Positions 54,144 through 64,000 are shown, counted from the first letter of the stretch. The stretch is 64,000 bases of DNA from Virgibacillus sp. (GCA_041689365.1 JBDNGJ010000188.1:3150-67149), one strand, 5' to 3'. Numbers and translations are program-made. Notes: a model not told the origin generated them from the sequence alone.

Positions 54144-55046
54144 ATGCCTAAAAACCAGCAAACCACGAAAGACGAGAAATCACTTGTATACACAGTGGAG
54201 GAGCCGATTGAGCTTCTAAAATTTTTGATAAAAGTCATGCCCAACCGTAGCAGGAACTCGGTTAAGTCAATTCTAGCGCGTGGTCAGGTAACTGTCGATG
54301 AGCACATAGAAACACAGTATAACTATGCACTTCACCCAGGACAATCCGTTACTATTTTAAAAAATAAGGCTTCCGTTAAAGAGAGCGCACTAATTGGTAT
54401 GTGTATTGTCCATGAAGATGAAGATATCATCGTCATCAACAAAGAAGCTGGATTACTCTCTATTGCCACCGAAAAAGAAAAGGAACGAACGGCACACCAT
54501 CAATTGATGGAGTATGTGCGACACGAAGACCCCAAAAATCGAATCTTCGTCGTGCATCGCCTTGATAAAGATACATCAGGTATTATGATGTTTGCAAAGA
54601 ACGAGAAGGTTAAGCGGACCCTGCAGGATGCCTGGAAGGAAAGCGTTAAAGAACGTACATATGTTGCACTGGTTGAAGATGAAGTGAAAAAAGCGAAAGG
54701 CTACATATCATCGTGGCTGAAAGAAAGCAGTACACATTTGGTATATTCCAGTTCGAATAAGAATGACGGGCAGCATGCAATTACACATTATAATGTAATT
54801 CAATCAAACAAAAAGTTTTCATTAGTTGAAATTCAGCTGGAAACCGGGCGGAAAAATCAAATTCGCGTTCATATGCAGGATCTTGGTAATCCGGTTGTAG
54901 GTGATAAAAAGTATGGATCCAAAACAAATGAAATCAGGAGGCTTGGCCTTCATGCAAAGGTATTGTCCTTTAATCATCCAACGTCTGGTAAGTTACTGCG
55001 GTTTGAAGCAGAAGTTCCAGGGTCATTTATTGCAATATCAAAATAG
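54144..55046 (+). CDS. RluA-family pseudouridine synthase
   Basis: INKEAGLLS, VHRLDKDTSG, LETGRKNQIRVH, VVGDKKYG. Confidence 0.93.
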   Translation: MPKNQQTTKDEKSLVYTVEEPIELLKFLIKVMPNRSRNSVKSILARGQVTVDEHIETQYNYALHPGQSVTILKNKASVKESALIGMCIVHEDEDIIVINKEAGLLSIATEKEKERTAHHQLMEYVRHEDPKNRIFVVHRLDKDTSGIMMFAKNEKVKRTLQDAWKESVKERTYVALVEDEVKKAKGYISSWLKESSTHLVYSSSNKNDGQHAITHYNVIQSNKKFSLVEIQLETGRKNQIRVHMQDLGNPVVGDKKYGSKTNEIRRLGLHAKVLSFNHPTSGKLLRFEAEVPGSFIAISK

Positions 55047-55061
55047 CATTTCATAGGAGGT

Positions 55062-55589
55062 GTGTTTCACATTTTACAAATACAATGCACGAAAAAGTTA
55101 GCCGATGAATTAAAAATAAAAACATCTAAGGAACAGATAGTAGACAACGAACCACTGTACTCATGGCATGCACATTTGTTTTATTATAATCGAAAAAAAT
55201 ACTGCATCGTTATGAATAACAGCACACGTTATAACTTCATTATAGGAAGTCTCAGAAAAAAAGAATTTAGCCAGTTTTCTTCACTAGTGAAAGAAGGAAT
55301 ACGTGAAAACCTATTGGCTGAAGGCTTTGCTGAAAATGTTGTAGAAACATATATGAAAAAATGTGATGACGTGAATTATGCTCCAACAAGTGAGCGTCCT
55401 ATTATTTCTCAAATAAATGAAATGATAAGTGCAACAAAATACTTCCAGGAGAATAATGAAGCACATACCATTGAAGACAAACTAGATGAAATAAATCGCT
55501 ATAACAATAAATTCGTTATGCTGACATTACCAGAAACTTATTCAGCTGAATCTATGAAGAAAGCATTAATCAAAGAGGTTCTTTTATAA
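55062..55589 (+). CDS. Hypothetical protein (DUF6933-like)
   Basis: IQCTKKL..LYSWHAHLF..NNSTRY pattern; start codon uncertain. Confidence 0.6.
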   Translation: MFHILQIQCTKKLADELKIKTSKEQIVDNEPLYSWHAHLFYYNRKKYCIVMNNSTRYNFIIGSLRKKEFSQFSSLVKEGIRENLLAEGFAENVVETYMKKCDDVNYAPTSERPIISQINEMISATKYFQENNEAHTIEDKLDEINRYNNKFVMLTLPETYSAESMKKALIKEVLL

Positions 55590-55644
55590 AAGAGCCTCTT
55601 TATAATTAACAACAGGATATAAGCGAAATCGATAAAGTTCACAA

Positions 55645-56634
55645 TTAACGAAGCGGTGCTTTCTCTACAAATCGTCCACTTCGTCCTTCTGTTGTTTCAG
55701 CATTTTTCAGCGAGCTAATAACGGCTTCTTCAGTCACTTCAATGACTGCTTGAAATAGTTTATTCATAATAGGATGGTCATCACGAATAAAAGACATGCT
55801 CTCAAGCTCGGCGGTTGCGTTATGATCATATGTATTCGCTGTAGAAAAAGCGATTGCTATATCACCGCTGCCATTGTCGATATGACTTCCTGTTCTGCCC
55901 AGTCCAGCTGCACAACGCTTAGCAAGTCGTTTCAGCTGCCGGTCATATAGTGGTGCATCAGTTGCCACAACCATCATAATTGATCCATCAGGTGTATCCA
56001 ATTTTACGTTGCTTCCGAAATCTGCAAATAAGGCATCATCCCGTTTGCCGAAATTACTTAATACTAGACAGCCGACAGTGTACGTTTCTACAACTCGTGA
56101 CGCTGTGCCGATTCCACCTTTATACCCGAAGCAAACCATCCCTTTTCCTGCGCCAACCGCACCTTCTTCAACAGGATTACTGTTAGCGCCCTCTATCGCT
56201 TGAATCGCATGCTCTGGTTTTACAGATTGCAGTCGAATTGAATTCAGATAGCTGTCATTACATTCCCCTACCACAATATTGAGTGAACTAGTAGAGTCGC
56301 CGATTTCTTTATTTTCATGGAGCATATATTGGAGTGTCCCTTGCCAAACGGATCCTACACTGAGGGTATTGGTAAGCATAATTGGTGATTCAAGTAAGCC
56401 TAACTCTTCTACTTGTACAAGACCTGCCGTTTTTCCATATCCATTAATAACGGAGCTTGCTGCACGAATCTTGTTCGAGAAAACATTACCTGCATGGGGC
56501 AATATAGCTGTAACGCCAGTACAAACCGTATCTTGTTCATTCAATTCCCCGTACAACGTTACATGTCCAACCTGTACACCCCCAACATCGGTAATGCAAT
56601 TGGATTTTCCTTTAGGTAACTGCATCTGAACCAC
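55645..56634 (-). CDS. DmpA/P1 (S58) family aminopeptidase
   Basis: NCITDVGGVQVGH, GVTAILP, NGYGKTAG, VGAGKGM, NGSGD autoprocessing site. Confidence 0.88.
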   Translation of the reverse strand: MVQMQLPKGKSNCITDVGGVQVGHVTLYGELNEQDTVCTGVTAILPHAGNVFSNKIRAASSVINGYGKTAGLVQVEELGLLESPIMLTNTLSVGSVWQGTLQYMLHENKEIGDSTSSLNIVVGECNDSYLNSIRLQSVKPEHAIQAIEGANSNPVEEGAVGAGKGMVCFGYKGGIGTASRVVETYTVGCLVLSNFGKRDDALFADFGSNVKLDTPDGSIMMVVATDAPLYDRQLKRLAKRCAAGLGRTGSHIDNGSGDIAIAFSTANTYDHNATAELESMSFIRDDHPIMNKLFQAVIEVTEEAVISSLKNAETTEGRSGRFVEKAPLR

Positions 56635-56800
56635 TCCTTCTATTTCTGTTATTTTACCAGTATTATAGCAGATGTATGTATTGCGTGATTATTTGTATAA
56701 ACTCCAAATAGAATTGTTTCAAGAAAAATTCATTATTTCATCAAACTTTCACAAAATTTCTTTATAATTAATATAGAAATGGAAACATGGAGGTCGTACT

Positions 56801-57448
56801 ATGCCATCAGCTTGGGTGTTAACTAATGTTGCAATCATTGTAGTAAGTGTTCTTGCAGGATTAATGCTTTTTTACATAATCAGCCCGTTAACAAAAACAA
56901 CGACAAAGCAACATTTGGAAGAAATAATATCATTACTTATTAATTTTGTCATTTTTATATGGGTTGGAAAGATTCTCTTAAACTTAGCTGTATTTGTAAA
57001 AGATCCACTCGCCATTCTAGCGTATCCAAGTAATTCACATGCATTTTATGTCGCAGCTTTCCTTCTACTGCCAAACGTTGGCTATAATGCAAAGCGCAAT
57101 AAGATCGATATAATTCCTATACTGGCATCGTTTGTTCCAGTTTTCTTAGGTGCATCGTTCGTTTATGAATTTATCGAGATTACCTGGAACGGAAGTAACT
57201 TAGCATGGGGACACCTGTTATTACTAACGGTGTTGATTTTCATCTATATATTTGTGCATGAGAGGTTATCAGCTCGTGTGACAGTGGGTGGATTCTTTGT
57301 TGGCTGGAGTTTGGGGCAATTGCTTTTAACCTTCCTCCTGCCATTTACAACGTTATTTGGCTATATGATGGCTCGCTGGTTTTTAATCGCTTTTTTTTTA
57401 ATGAGCTTTGCATTGCTGAATTACCATAATAGAAAGAAGGTGTCATGA
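56801..57448 (+). CDS. Hypothetical multi-pass membrane protein
   Basis: RBS GGAGG; multiple TM segments; overlaps the ccdA start. Confidence 0.7.
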   Translation: MPSAWVLTNVAIIVVSVLAGLMLFYIISPLTKTTTKQHLEEIISLLINFVIFIWVGKILLNLAVFVKDPLAILAYPSNSHAFYVAAFLLLPNVGYNAKRNKIDIIPILASFVPVFLGASFVYEFIEITWNGSNLAWGHLLLLTVLIFIYIFVHERLSARVTVGGFFVGWSLGQLLLTFLLPFTTLFGYMMARWFLIAFFLMSFALLNYHNRKKVS

Positions 57449-58191
57449 TGGGTGCTGCTGCGGATTTGACAATTTGGCTGGCGTTGGGAGCTGGGGTTCT
57501 ATCATTCCTCTCTCCTTGTACACTGCCGATTTTTCCGGCATATCTTTCTTACATTACCGGGATGAGTGTGAAAGAGCTGGAAAATAACAAAGATATCAAG
57601 ATTAGAAGTAAACTATTGATTCATTCTTTGTTCTTCTTATTAGGTGTATCAACGGTATTCATAGGTTTAGGTATTGGGGTTTCGTTTTTGGGTCAATGGA
57701 TTCAAGGAATGCTGACAGGAGAATCCGGATTATTCATCCAGCGAATTGCAGGTATATTTATCATTGTAATGGGGCTTTTTGTTGCTGGGTGGCTTAATAT
57801 TACATCATTTATGAAAGAAAAGAGACTTCGCTTTACGAAAAAACCAGTTGGCTATCTAGGAACTGTTTTTGTTGGCATGGGGTTTGCGGCAGGTTGGACA
57901 CCGTGTATTGGTCCTATTTTTGCATCAATATTGGTTGTTGCAGCAAGTAATCCAGCACAGGGATCCCTTTATACGATTATGTATGTAATTGGTTTTGCAC
58001 TGCCATTTCTGATTTTAACGTTTTTCCTTGGGTCAACACGCTGGATTGTTCGCCAAAGCCAAAAGATAATGAAAGCTGGAGGAGCAATCATGATTCTTAT
58101 GGGGGTACTTCTGTTTACTGGTCAGATGACACGTATTTCAAACTTTCTGCTTAAGCTCGTTCAGGATACGTGGTTAGCTAATTTAGGATAG
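57445..58191 (+). CDS. ccdA: Cytochrome c biogenesis CcdA/DsbD-family protein
   Basis: SFLSPCTLP and GWTPCIGP cysteine motifs. Confidence 0.9.
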   Translation: MMGAAADLTIWLALGAGVLSFLSPCTLPIFPAYLSYITGMSVKELENNKDIKIRSKLLIHSLFFLLGVSTVFIGLGIGVSFLGQWIQGMLTGESGLFIQRIAGIFIIVMGLFVAGWLNITSFMKEKRLRFTKKPVGYLGTVFVGMGFAAGWTPCIGPIFASILVVAASNPAQGSLYTIMYVIGFALPFLILTFFLGSTRWIVRQSQKIMKAGGAIMILMGVLLFTGQMTRISNFLLKLVQDTWLANLG

Positions 58192-58210
58192 GAATTGGAG
58201 GTGTTATCAT

Positions 58211-58810
58211 ATGAAAAAAACAATTATAATCGTTATTATTACCGGAATGTTTGCCTGGGCAGTATACGATGTAATAAACAGCTCTAAAGATACTGCTAAT
58301 AGTGGAGATTATATTGTAGAGGAAGATACAACAGAGGAAGATATGAATGAGGATAGCTCAAATGAGGATAGTGCAGATAATAATAAGGTAGGACTTGAAG
58401 TAGGGAATATCGCTCCAGATTTTGAACTTACCACGTTAAATGGTGATACTGTAAAGCTATCTGATTATCGTGGTCAGCGGGTAATGGTGAACTTTTGGGC
58501 GACTTGGTGTCCGCCGTGTCGCGCGGAGATGCCTGATATGGAGAAGTTTCATCAAAATAAAGATATTACAATTTTAGCGATTAATCTTACTGAAACAGAA
58601 AGCGCGAAAAGTGATGTCACAGAGTTTGTCGAAAAATTTGAACTGACATTTCCGGTATTAATGGATGAAACAGTAAAAGTAGCAAATCAATATCAGATAC
58701 AACCTATTCCTTCATCATTTATGATTGATTCGAACGGCAGAATTCAGTATAAGGCATTAGGTGCCATGAATTATGAACTAATGGTTCAGGAATTTGAAAA
58801 GATGAAATAG
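58211..58810 (+). CDS. TlpA/ResA-like membrane-anchored thiol-disulfide oxidoreductase
   Basis: APDFEL, NFWATWCPPC. Confidence 0.9.
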   Translation: MKKTIIIVIITGMFAWAVYDVINSSKDTANSGDYIVEEDTTEEDMNEDSSNEDSADNNKVGLEVGNIAPDFELTTLNGDTVKLSDYRGQRVMVNFWATWCPPCRAEMPDMEKFHQNKDITILAINLTETESAKSDVTEFVEKFELTFPVLMDETVKVANQYQIQPIPSSFMIDSNGRIQYKALGAMNYELMVQEFEKMK

Positions 58811-58849
58811 ATCCTCTTTATAGCTTAAAATAGACAAGAGGTGTTTTAG

Positions 58850-59533
58850 ATGAAACAAAGTATTCTAGTCGTAGAAGACGATCCAATGATCCGTGAACTG
58901 GTAAAAATACACTTGGAAAAAAATGATTATGACGTGATAGAAGCAGCTGATGGTGAGGAAGCGAAGGGTGTTTTCTTAGAATACCATCCTTGCTTGGTTA
59001 TCCTTGATTTAATGTTGCCCAAAGTAAGTGGCGAAGATTTCTGTGCATGGGTTCGAGAACAGGAGCGTAATGAAGTTTCCATTATTATGCTGTCAGCGAA
59101 AGCAAAGATTGAAGATAAGATTGAGGGACTGAAAATGGGCGCAGATGATTATGTCACGAAGCCATTTGACCCGGATGAACTCATGGCACACGTCGAAGCG
59201 GTATTGCGACGGACAGGTCAATTTTGCCAAAAAATTGCCTATGAAGGATTGTGTATCAAGCCGCGAAAAGGTGAAGTGCTTCTTTACGATACATCAATTA
59301 AGCTAACGAAATATGAATTTAATCTGCTGTATTTATTCATGCAAAACCCAAATATGGTACTCAGCCGTGAGCAATTAGTCATGCAAATCTATCCATATGC
59401 AGATCATACAGTGCTGGACCGTACGATAGATGCACACATCAAAAAGCTGCGGGAAAAGATTGAGGTTAATACCTCCAAACCAAAGCGCATCCAGACTGTT
59501 CGGGGAATGGGGTATAAGTTTGTCAATACGTAA
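58850..59533 (+). CDS. OmpR-family response regulator
   Basis: LVVEDD, ILDLMLP, GADDYVTKPF, IQTVRGMGY. Confidence 0.95.
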   Translation: MKQSILVVEDDPMIRELVKIHLEKNDYDVIEAADGEEAKGVFLEYHPCLVILDLMLPKVSGEDFCAWVREQERNEVSIIMLSAKAKIEDKIEGLKMGADDYVTKPFDPDELMAHVEAVLRRTGQFCQKIAYEGLCIKPRKGEVLLYDTSIKLTKYEFNLLYLFMQNPNMVLSREQLVMQIYPYADHTVLDRTIDAHIKKLREKIEVNTSKPKRIQTVRGMGYKFVNT

Positions 59534-60605
59534 TCAGATCAAATCAAGATTACCAAAAGGATTTCTTTGGCGCTTATCTGCGTTGAATTTTCTTGTTGTT
59601 GCTTCTGCAATTGTCGTCAGTGGACTTGCAATTTATAATACGGCATGTTTTTTAGTGGATGCCATGGGTGGGCTAGAAGAACAACGTCAGGAACAATTCA
59701 ATGCAACATTATTCAATTATTTGTGGATATTTATTATTACAGCGATTGTTACGGGTAGTTTATTACATTTTTATATGACCAAGAAACTGATTAAGCCAAT
59801 TCGCAGCTTAATAGAATCTACGAAGCAATTAAAAAAAGGCAACTATCCCGATCCCGTTGAGGTGACATCCCAAGATGAAGTAGGCGAGCTTGCTGTCCAG
59901 TTTAATGCCCTAATTCAACAGTTGCATATGAATGAGCAGAACCGTCAAAAGCTTGTTTCTGATCTATCACATGAATTTCGAACACCATTAACTAATTTAA
60001 ATGGATATCTTCAATCCTTGGAGCAAGGTGATATCGAGGGGAACCAGAAGCTGTACAAGTCATTATATCAGGAGTCACAGCGTTTAACAGGTATGATGGA
60101 GCAACTGGAAAAACTTAAGGAATGGGATTTTGCCACTTCGCAAACCTATACCAAAAATAGAGAAGTCGATATTGCCACTGTAGTTGATCAATGTGCTGCC
60201 ATGTTTAACTTGCAATTGGATGAAAAAGATATTGCCTTGTCTGTAGATGTCCCCTCATGTACGTTACAAATTCATGAGGAAGGCATTCAGCAAATTATCA
60301 GTAATCTCTTGGAGAACGCTATCCATTACTACAATGGCGAAGGGGCAATTACTGTTTATGGCAAACGGCAAAAGTCTGACTATCAAATTGCTGTTAGTGG
60401 TCCAAGTAGTTTTATCCCAGAACATGAACAGGAAAATATATTTGAACGTTTTTATCGATTGGACACATCCAGAAGCCGTGATACAGGTGGCAGCGGCCTA
60501 GGGCTTGCGATAGCCAAAGAAATAGTAGACCGACATGGCGGAGAAATTGGTGTAATCTCTGGGAAAGATAAAAATACTTTCTGGTTTACGTTGCCACTGG
60601 CGTAA
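59520..60605 (+). CDS. HAMP sensor histidine kinase
   Basis: DLSHEFRTPL H-box, NLLENA, FERFYRLD, GSGLGLAIAK; short extracellular loop. Confidence 0.93.
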   Translation: MSIRNQIKSRLPKGFLWRLSALNFLVVASAIVVSGLAIYNTACFLVDAMGGLEEQRQEQFNATLFNYLWIFIITAIVTGSLLHFYMTKKLIKPIRSLIESTKQLKKGNYPDPVEVTSQDEVGELAVQFNALIQQLHMNEQNRQKLVSDLSHEFRTPLTNLNGYLQSLEQGDIEGNQKLYKSLYQESQRLTGMMEQLEKLKEWDFATSQTYTKNREVDIATVVDQCAAMFNLQLDEKDIALSVDVPSCTLQIHEEGIQQIISNLLENAIHYYNGEGAITVYGKRQKSDYQIAVSGPSSFIPEHEQENIFERFYRLDTSRSRDTGGSGLGLAIAKEIVDRHGGEIGVISGKDKNTFWFTLPLA

Positions 60606-60723
60606 AGGGGGTAATGGGTGAAACGAATTGTTGGCTTGTTGAGATGGACTGCGGGGTCTCGCCGATCCGTTTTTTCACGGGATCCCCATAAAATACCATC
60701 CAATCATAGATCAGAAAGGTCGG

Positions 60724-60845
60724 ATTCAGTCTTCCCGGCGATTATTCAGTTTTTATCGGTTATTTGAGGAATAATTCAGTATCCAGCCAAGCCTATTCAG
60801 TCTTCAACTAAGTTTATTCAGTTTTCATCAGATTTTTTTCAGTTT
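60724..60845. repeat. Short phased array, core ATTCAGT
   Basis: Cores at 60724, 60744, 60774, 60795, 60816, 60837. Confidence 0.65.
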
Positions 60846-60894
60846 TCAGCAGTTATTTTATTGTATGAACTTCCCCGGAAAGATAGGACATTCC

Positions 60895-61908
60895 CTACCA
60901 CTTCGCGTTATGTTCTTCAATACACCCAAGCAGGCCATCAACGACCAGCGTTTCGTCATTATTAAGTGAAACCTCTCCATAATAATGACCCACAACCTGA
61001 TGAACTTCTGATTTCACGACTAGCACATTAGACTTGGCGGTCCGTTCAGAAAAGGGTTTGAAAGTAAGGCGGACACTGTCTGACTGAATCCCCCAAGGCT
61101 TCATATAATCATTGGAATTATAGATGAACGTTACATCTTCACTTATTTTTGTGATGTTGCCATTTAAAATAACGGCATTCTCTGTTGAACCGGTATGATC
61201 TGTCCATTGTCCACCAAAATTCAATCCAATTACATCCTGACCCTGTCGCCCGGATGCCATTCCCCAGTTCCATGTACTTTTTCTTGGCCAGACACCGCGA
61301 CCGTAATCCAGTACAGCAAAATCTGATTCAGGATTAAAGGTCCATGTTTTATCACCGACAGAGAAGCTTCCTTCAGCAGGAAGACAATGTTGCTTTGCAG
61401 TGAACTGAAACTTATCATCACTCCAAGGAACTACAACATTTAACGTGTCCAAGTTTTCGGGGTAATTAATTTTTATATCCGCTTTTAATTCTTCACCACC
61501 GAAGTCAGTGCTGCTAGCTTTTAATGTTACATGATCTTTATTCCATATGAAGAATAGTCCCATGTCTTTATGTATAGCCTCAACAGAATCTTGAACTTCT
61601 TCAGGCATTGTATAGTTCTTTCCAAAGGGTACTAAAAAAGTTTTCTCATAAAAGTTGTTTGTTTCATATTCTAAGAAATAGACAAAACACACTACGGCAT
61701 AATCAAGATGGCTGATTGTAGCTGAAAACATGACTTCCTTGCCAAAAACACACCAATAATTCCACTTTTTCTTTCGCATATAGTGTCCTGATAGATTTGA
61801 AGTAATCAATGGTTTTCTTGCCCATCCAATACTCTCTTTATTTAATCTTCCATTTTCATCACAAAGTAAAACGGGTTCAGTAATTTCTCTTTCGTTATTG
61901 CTAGTCAT
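60895..61908 (-). CDS. DUF2804-like protein
   Basis: IGWARKP, KKWNYW, AVLDYGRGVWP..WNWG, GSTEN. Confidence 0.75.
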   Translation of the reverse strand: MTSNNEREITEPVLLCDENGRLNKESIGWARKPLITSNLSGHYMRKKKWNYWCVFGKEVMFSATISHLDYAVVCFVYFLEYETNNFYEKTFLVPFGKNYTMPEEVQDSVEAIHKDMGLFFIWNKDHVTLKASSTDFGGEELKADIKINYPENLDTLNVVVPWSDDKFQFTAKQHCLPAEGSFSVGDKTWTFNPESDFAVLDYGRGVWPRKSTWNWGMASGRQGQDVIGLNFGGQWTDHTGSTENAVILNGNITKISEDVTFIYNSNDYMKPWGIQSDSVRLTFKPFSERTAKSNVLVVKSEVHQVVGHYYGEVSLNNDETLVVDGLLGCIEEHNAKW

Positions 61909-62100
61909 GTCAAACACTCCTTTTATAAATAGTTCGGCATTTTGAGCAGTTTTCCTGCAAAAATTTTCTATATGTGTAGTTCTACTCTCACAATCGAATC
62001 ACAGACTAAAAAAGTGGCATTCATTTTTTAAAAATTTAATGCCACTTTTCACAATTTGCGTACGATTATAGTGGTAAGAAGTATACGGTAAGCTATATTT

Positions 62101-62130
62101 TTGCATTTCCAAAATGTTCAGTGCTATACT
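62101..62130 (+). promoter_or_regulatory. SigA promoter of the rib operon
   Basis: TTGCAT 62101-62106; extended -10 TGcTATACT 62122-62130. Confidence 0.65.
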
Positions 62131-62153
62131 ATCCTTGAAACTAAATACGTAAT

Positions 62154-62297
62154 ATTCCTTCGGGGTCGGGTGAAATTCCCAATCGACGGTGATGAAGTAC
62201 ATACTTCTTAGTCCGTGACCCGTGCGGTTTTTAAACCAAGCGGTGGATCTGGTGAAACTCCAGAGCCGACAGTTATAGTCTGGATGGGAGAAGGAAT
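62154..62297 (+). ncRNA. FMN riboswitch (RFN element)
   Basis: ATTCCTTCGGGGTCGGGTGAAATTCCC..GGATCTGGTGAAACTCCAGAGCCGACAGTTATAGTCTGGATGGGAGAAGGAAT upstream of ribD. Confidence 0.95.
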
Positions 62298-62346
62298 TTT
62301 TCAGGTAGTTCGCATGTTTCACTAAAAATGATTAGGCAATGTTATG

Positions 62347-62423
62347 TGACAGTTAAGAAAGTCTGAATACTTTCATACTGCATCAGTGTAACTAAAAGCT
62401 TGTCAACAAGCCAAGTTTTTTAT
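62347..62423 (+). mobile_element. Degenerate copy of the MITE-like element in the rib leader
   Basis: CAGTTAAGAAAGT..CTTTCATACTGCAT.AGTGTAACTAA..AAGCCAAGTTTT aligns to 3241-3331 with an internal deletion. Confidence 0.65.
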
Positions 62424-62481
62424 TGTATTCATTTTTAGTCAAACATTTTGAAGATGCGCTATACTAAAAATTCTACCCTTT

Positions 62482-62512
62482 TGCCTCTGAAGCTTATTCA
62501 GAGGCATTTTTA
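62482..62512 (+). terminator. FMN riboswitch terminator
   Basis: TGCCTCTGAA..TTCAGAGGCATTTTT. Confidence 0.8.
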
Positions 62513-62539
62513 ATTGGTTATTATAGGGAGGATCCAGAT

Positions 62540-63649
62540 ATGAACGATGAATATTATATGAATATTGCTTTAAATCTTGCAAGAACAGTATCTGGTCAAA
62601 CAAGTCCTAATCCTCCAGTGGGCTCTGTAGTTGTCAAAAATGGAGAAATGCTAGGATTTGGTGCACATCTAAAAGCGGGTGAGGCTCATGCAGAAGTGCA
62701 TGCACTTCATATGTCAGGTGATAAGGCAAAAGGTGCGACGATTTATGTCACCCTTGAACCTTGCAGTCACCATGGCAGAACACCGCCTTGTGCTGATCTT
62801 ATTGTTGAAAAAGGAATTAGTCGGGCAGTTATAGCTGTTACAGACCCGAATGAAAAAGTTGCTGGACGCGGGATTGAAAAGCTGCAGGCTGCCGGTATAG
62901 AAGTGGAAGTTGGTGTCGCCGAAAAAGAAGCTGCACAAATAAATAGTGTTTTCTTCCATTATACTAATACCAAAACACCATATGTCACAATGAAGTCAGC
63001 TGTGAGTTTAGATGGAAAAACAGCCACTGTAACTGGTGACAGCAAATGGATAACTGGAGAAGCGGCAAGACTCGATGTGCATCACTATCGCCATACACAT
63101 GATGCAATTCTTGTTGGTGTGGAAACTGTCATTGCTGATAATCCAAGTCTTACAACGCGTATCCCAAACGGTGGGAAGAATCCAACACGAGTTATTCTGG
63201 ATACATCACTCCGCACACCATTAGATGCTGCTGTTTTAAATGATCAAGCAGCAGATACATGGCTTTTCACCGGGAAGAGTGTCACGGAGAAAGCTATCGC
63301 GCCTTTTAAGAAGAAAAGCGGAGTTGACGTTATTCAATTGGAGTTATTAACTATTGAAAATGTACTGTATGATTTAGGGTCTAAAGGAATAATGTCATTG
63401 TTTGTGGAAGGTGGAGCTACGGTTAATGGTTCTTTTTTGGAGGAACGGCGAATTAATCAATTGATAACCTATATGGCACCGAAGCTAATTGGTGGTAAAA
63501 CAGCTCCAACTTCCATTGAGGGTAATGGATTTCAATCGATGGCAGATACGTTTTCCTTGGATATTACGAATGTAGAAATGATTGGTCAGGATATAAAAAT
63601 TATTGCCGAACCGCGAAAGGAAGAAGCAGATGTTTACAGGAATAATTGA
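62540..63649 (+). CDS. ribD: Riboflavin biosynthesis deaminase/reductase RibD
   Basis: PNPPVG, HAE, TLEPCSHHGRTPPC, SLDGK, VEGG. Confidence 0.97.
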   Translation: MNDEYYMNIALNLARTVSGQTSPNPPVGSVVVKNGEMLGFGAHLKAGEAHAEVHALHMSGDKAKGATIYVTLEPCSHHGRTPPCADLIVEKGISRAVIAVTDPNEKVAGRGIEKLQAAGIEVEVGVAEKEAAQINSVFFHYTNTKTPYVTMKSAVSLDGKTATVTGDSKWITGEAARLDVHHYRHTHDAILVGVETVIADNPSLTTRIPNGGKNPTRVILDTSLRTPLDAAVLNDQAADTWLFTGKSVTEKAIAPFKKKSGVDVIQLELLTIENVLYDLGSKGIMSLFVEGGATVNGSFLEERRINQLITYMAPKLIGGKTAPTSIEGNGFQSMADTFSLDITNVEMIGQDIKIIAEPRKEEADVYRNN

Positions 63650-64000
63650 AGAAATGGGCACCGTTGAAAAAATGAAACGTGTTTCTGAGCAGTCAGTGGA
63701 GATGACGTTAAGTTCAGCTAAAATTATGGAAGATGTTCATGTTGGCGACAGTATTTCAGTAAATGGAATCTGTTTAACAGTCACAGATTATTCTTCAACT
63801 AATTTTCAAGTCGATGTTATGCCCGAAACAATAAAATCGACTTCATTAAATGCGTTAACAGAAGGTTCAAAGGTTAACCTGGAGAGGTCAATGGCTGCTA
63901 ATGGCAGGTTTGGCGGACACTTTGTATCTGGCCATGTTGATGGCACTGGAAAAATCACCCGGAAACAAAAGCAGGAAAATGCTATTTATTATGATATTGA
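63630..64000 (+). CDS. ribE: Riboflavin synthase alpha chain, runs off the window end
   Basis: MFTGIIEE, GDSISVNGICLTV, VNLERS, GGHFVSGHVDG; ATG 63630 overlaps ribD. Confidence 0.95.
   Translation, partial: MFTGIIEEMGTVEKMKRVSEQSVEMTLSSAKIMEDVHVGDSISVNGICLTVTDYSSTNFQVDVMPETIKSTSLNALTEGSKVNLERSMAANGRFGGHFVSGHVDGTGKITRKQKQENAIYYDI

Noticed and set aside
61999-62322. 107-aa minus-strand ORF upstream of ribD
   Set aside because: It is antisense to the FMN riboswitch and promoter, which fully explain the sequence.

Overview
Chromosomal segment of a low-GC Bacillaceae organism (gene order and sequence style fit a Virgibacillus/Lentibacillus/Oceanobacillus-type organism; this is inference). Bases 1-40055 are largely syntenic with the B. 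subtilis yebE-pur-yer-pcrA-gat region. They hold a PurBox/guanine-riboswitch-controlled purEKBCSQLFMNHD operon, hpaB-like, yerABC, pcrB-pcrA-ligA-camS, pruA, an RRNPP-type regulator with an unannotated 45-aa signal-peptide gene, putP, gatCAB, dagK and rlmD. From the rlmD 3' end to about 62 kb lies a patchwork accessory region with no integrase. It holds dus, a SEC-C protein, a MerR/RacA/Par-like HTH-coiled-coil gene preceded by iterated palindromic modules and REP-like hairpins, an HTH/vWA pair, pseudogenes, an IS3-like remnant and a ccdA-TlpA-two-component cluster. The window ends with an FMN riboswitch and ribD-ribE. The most unusual signals are: (1) the repeated TATCGC..GCGATA modules around the Par-like gene; (2) a 17-unit, 20-21-nt phased array of the palindrome TCGCGCGA inside the pur operon; (3) a roughly 91-nt MITE-like element present in both riboswitch leaders and inserted into a gene; (4) an RRNPP receptor broken by a 7-nt tandem duplication next to its intact peptide gene. 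All family assignments come from motif recognition only; no database searches were run, and some start codons were adjusted from the ORF track using RBS position.
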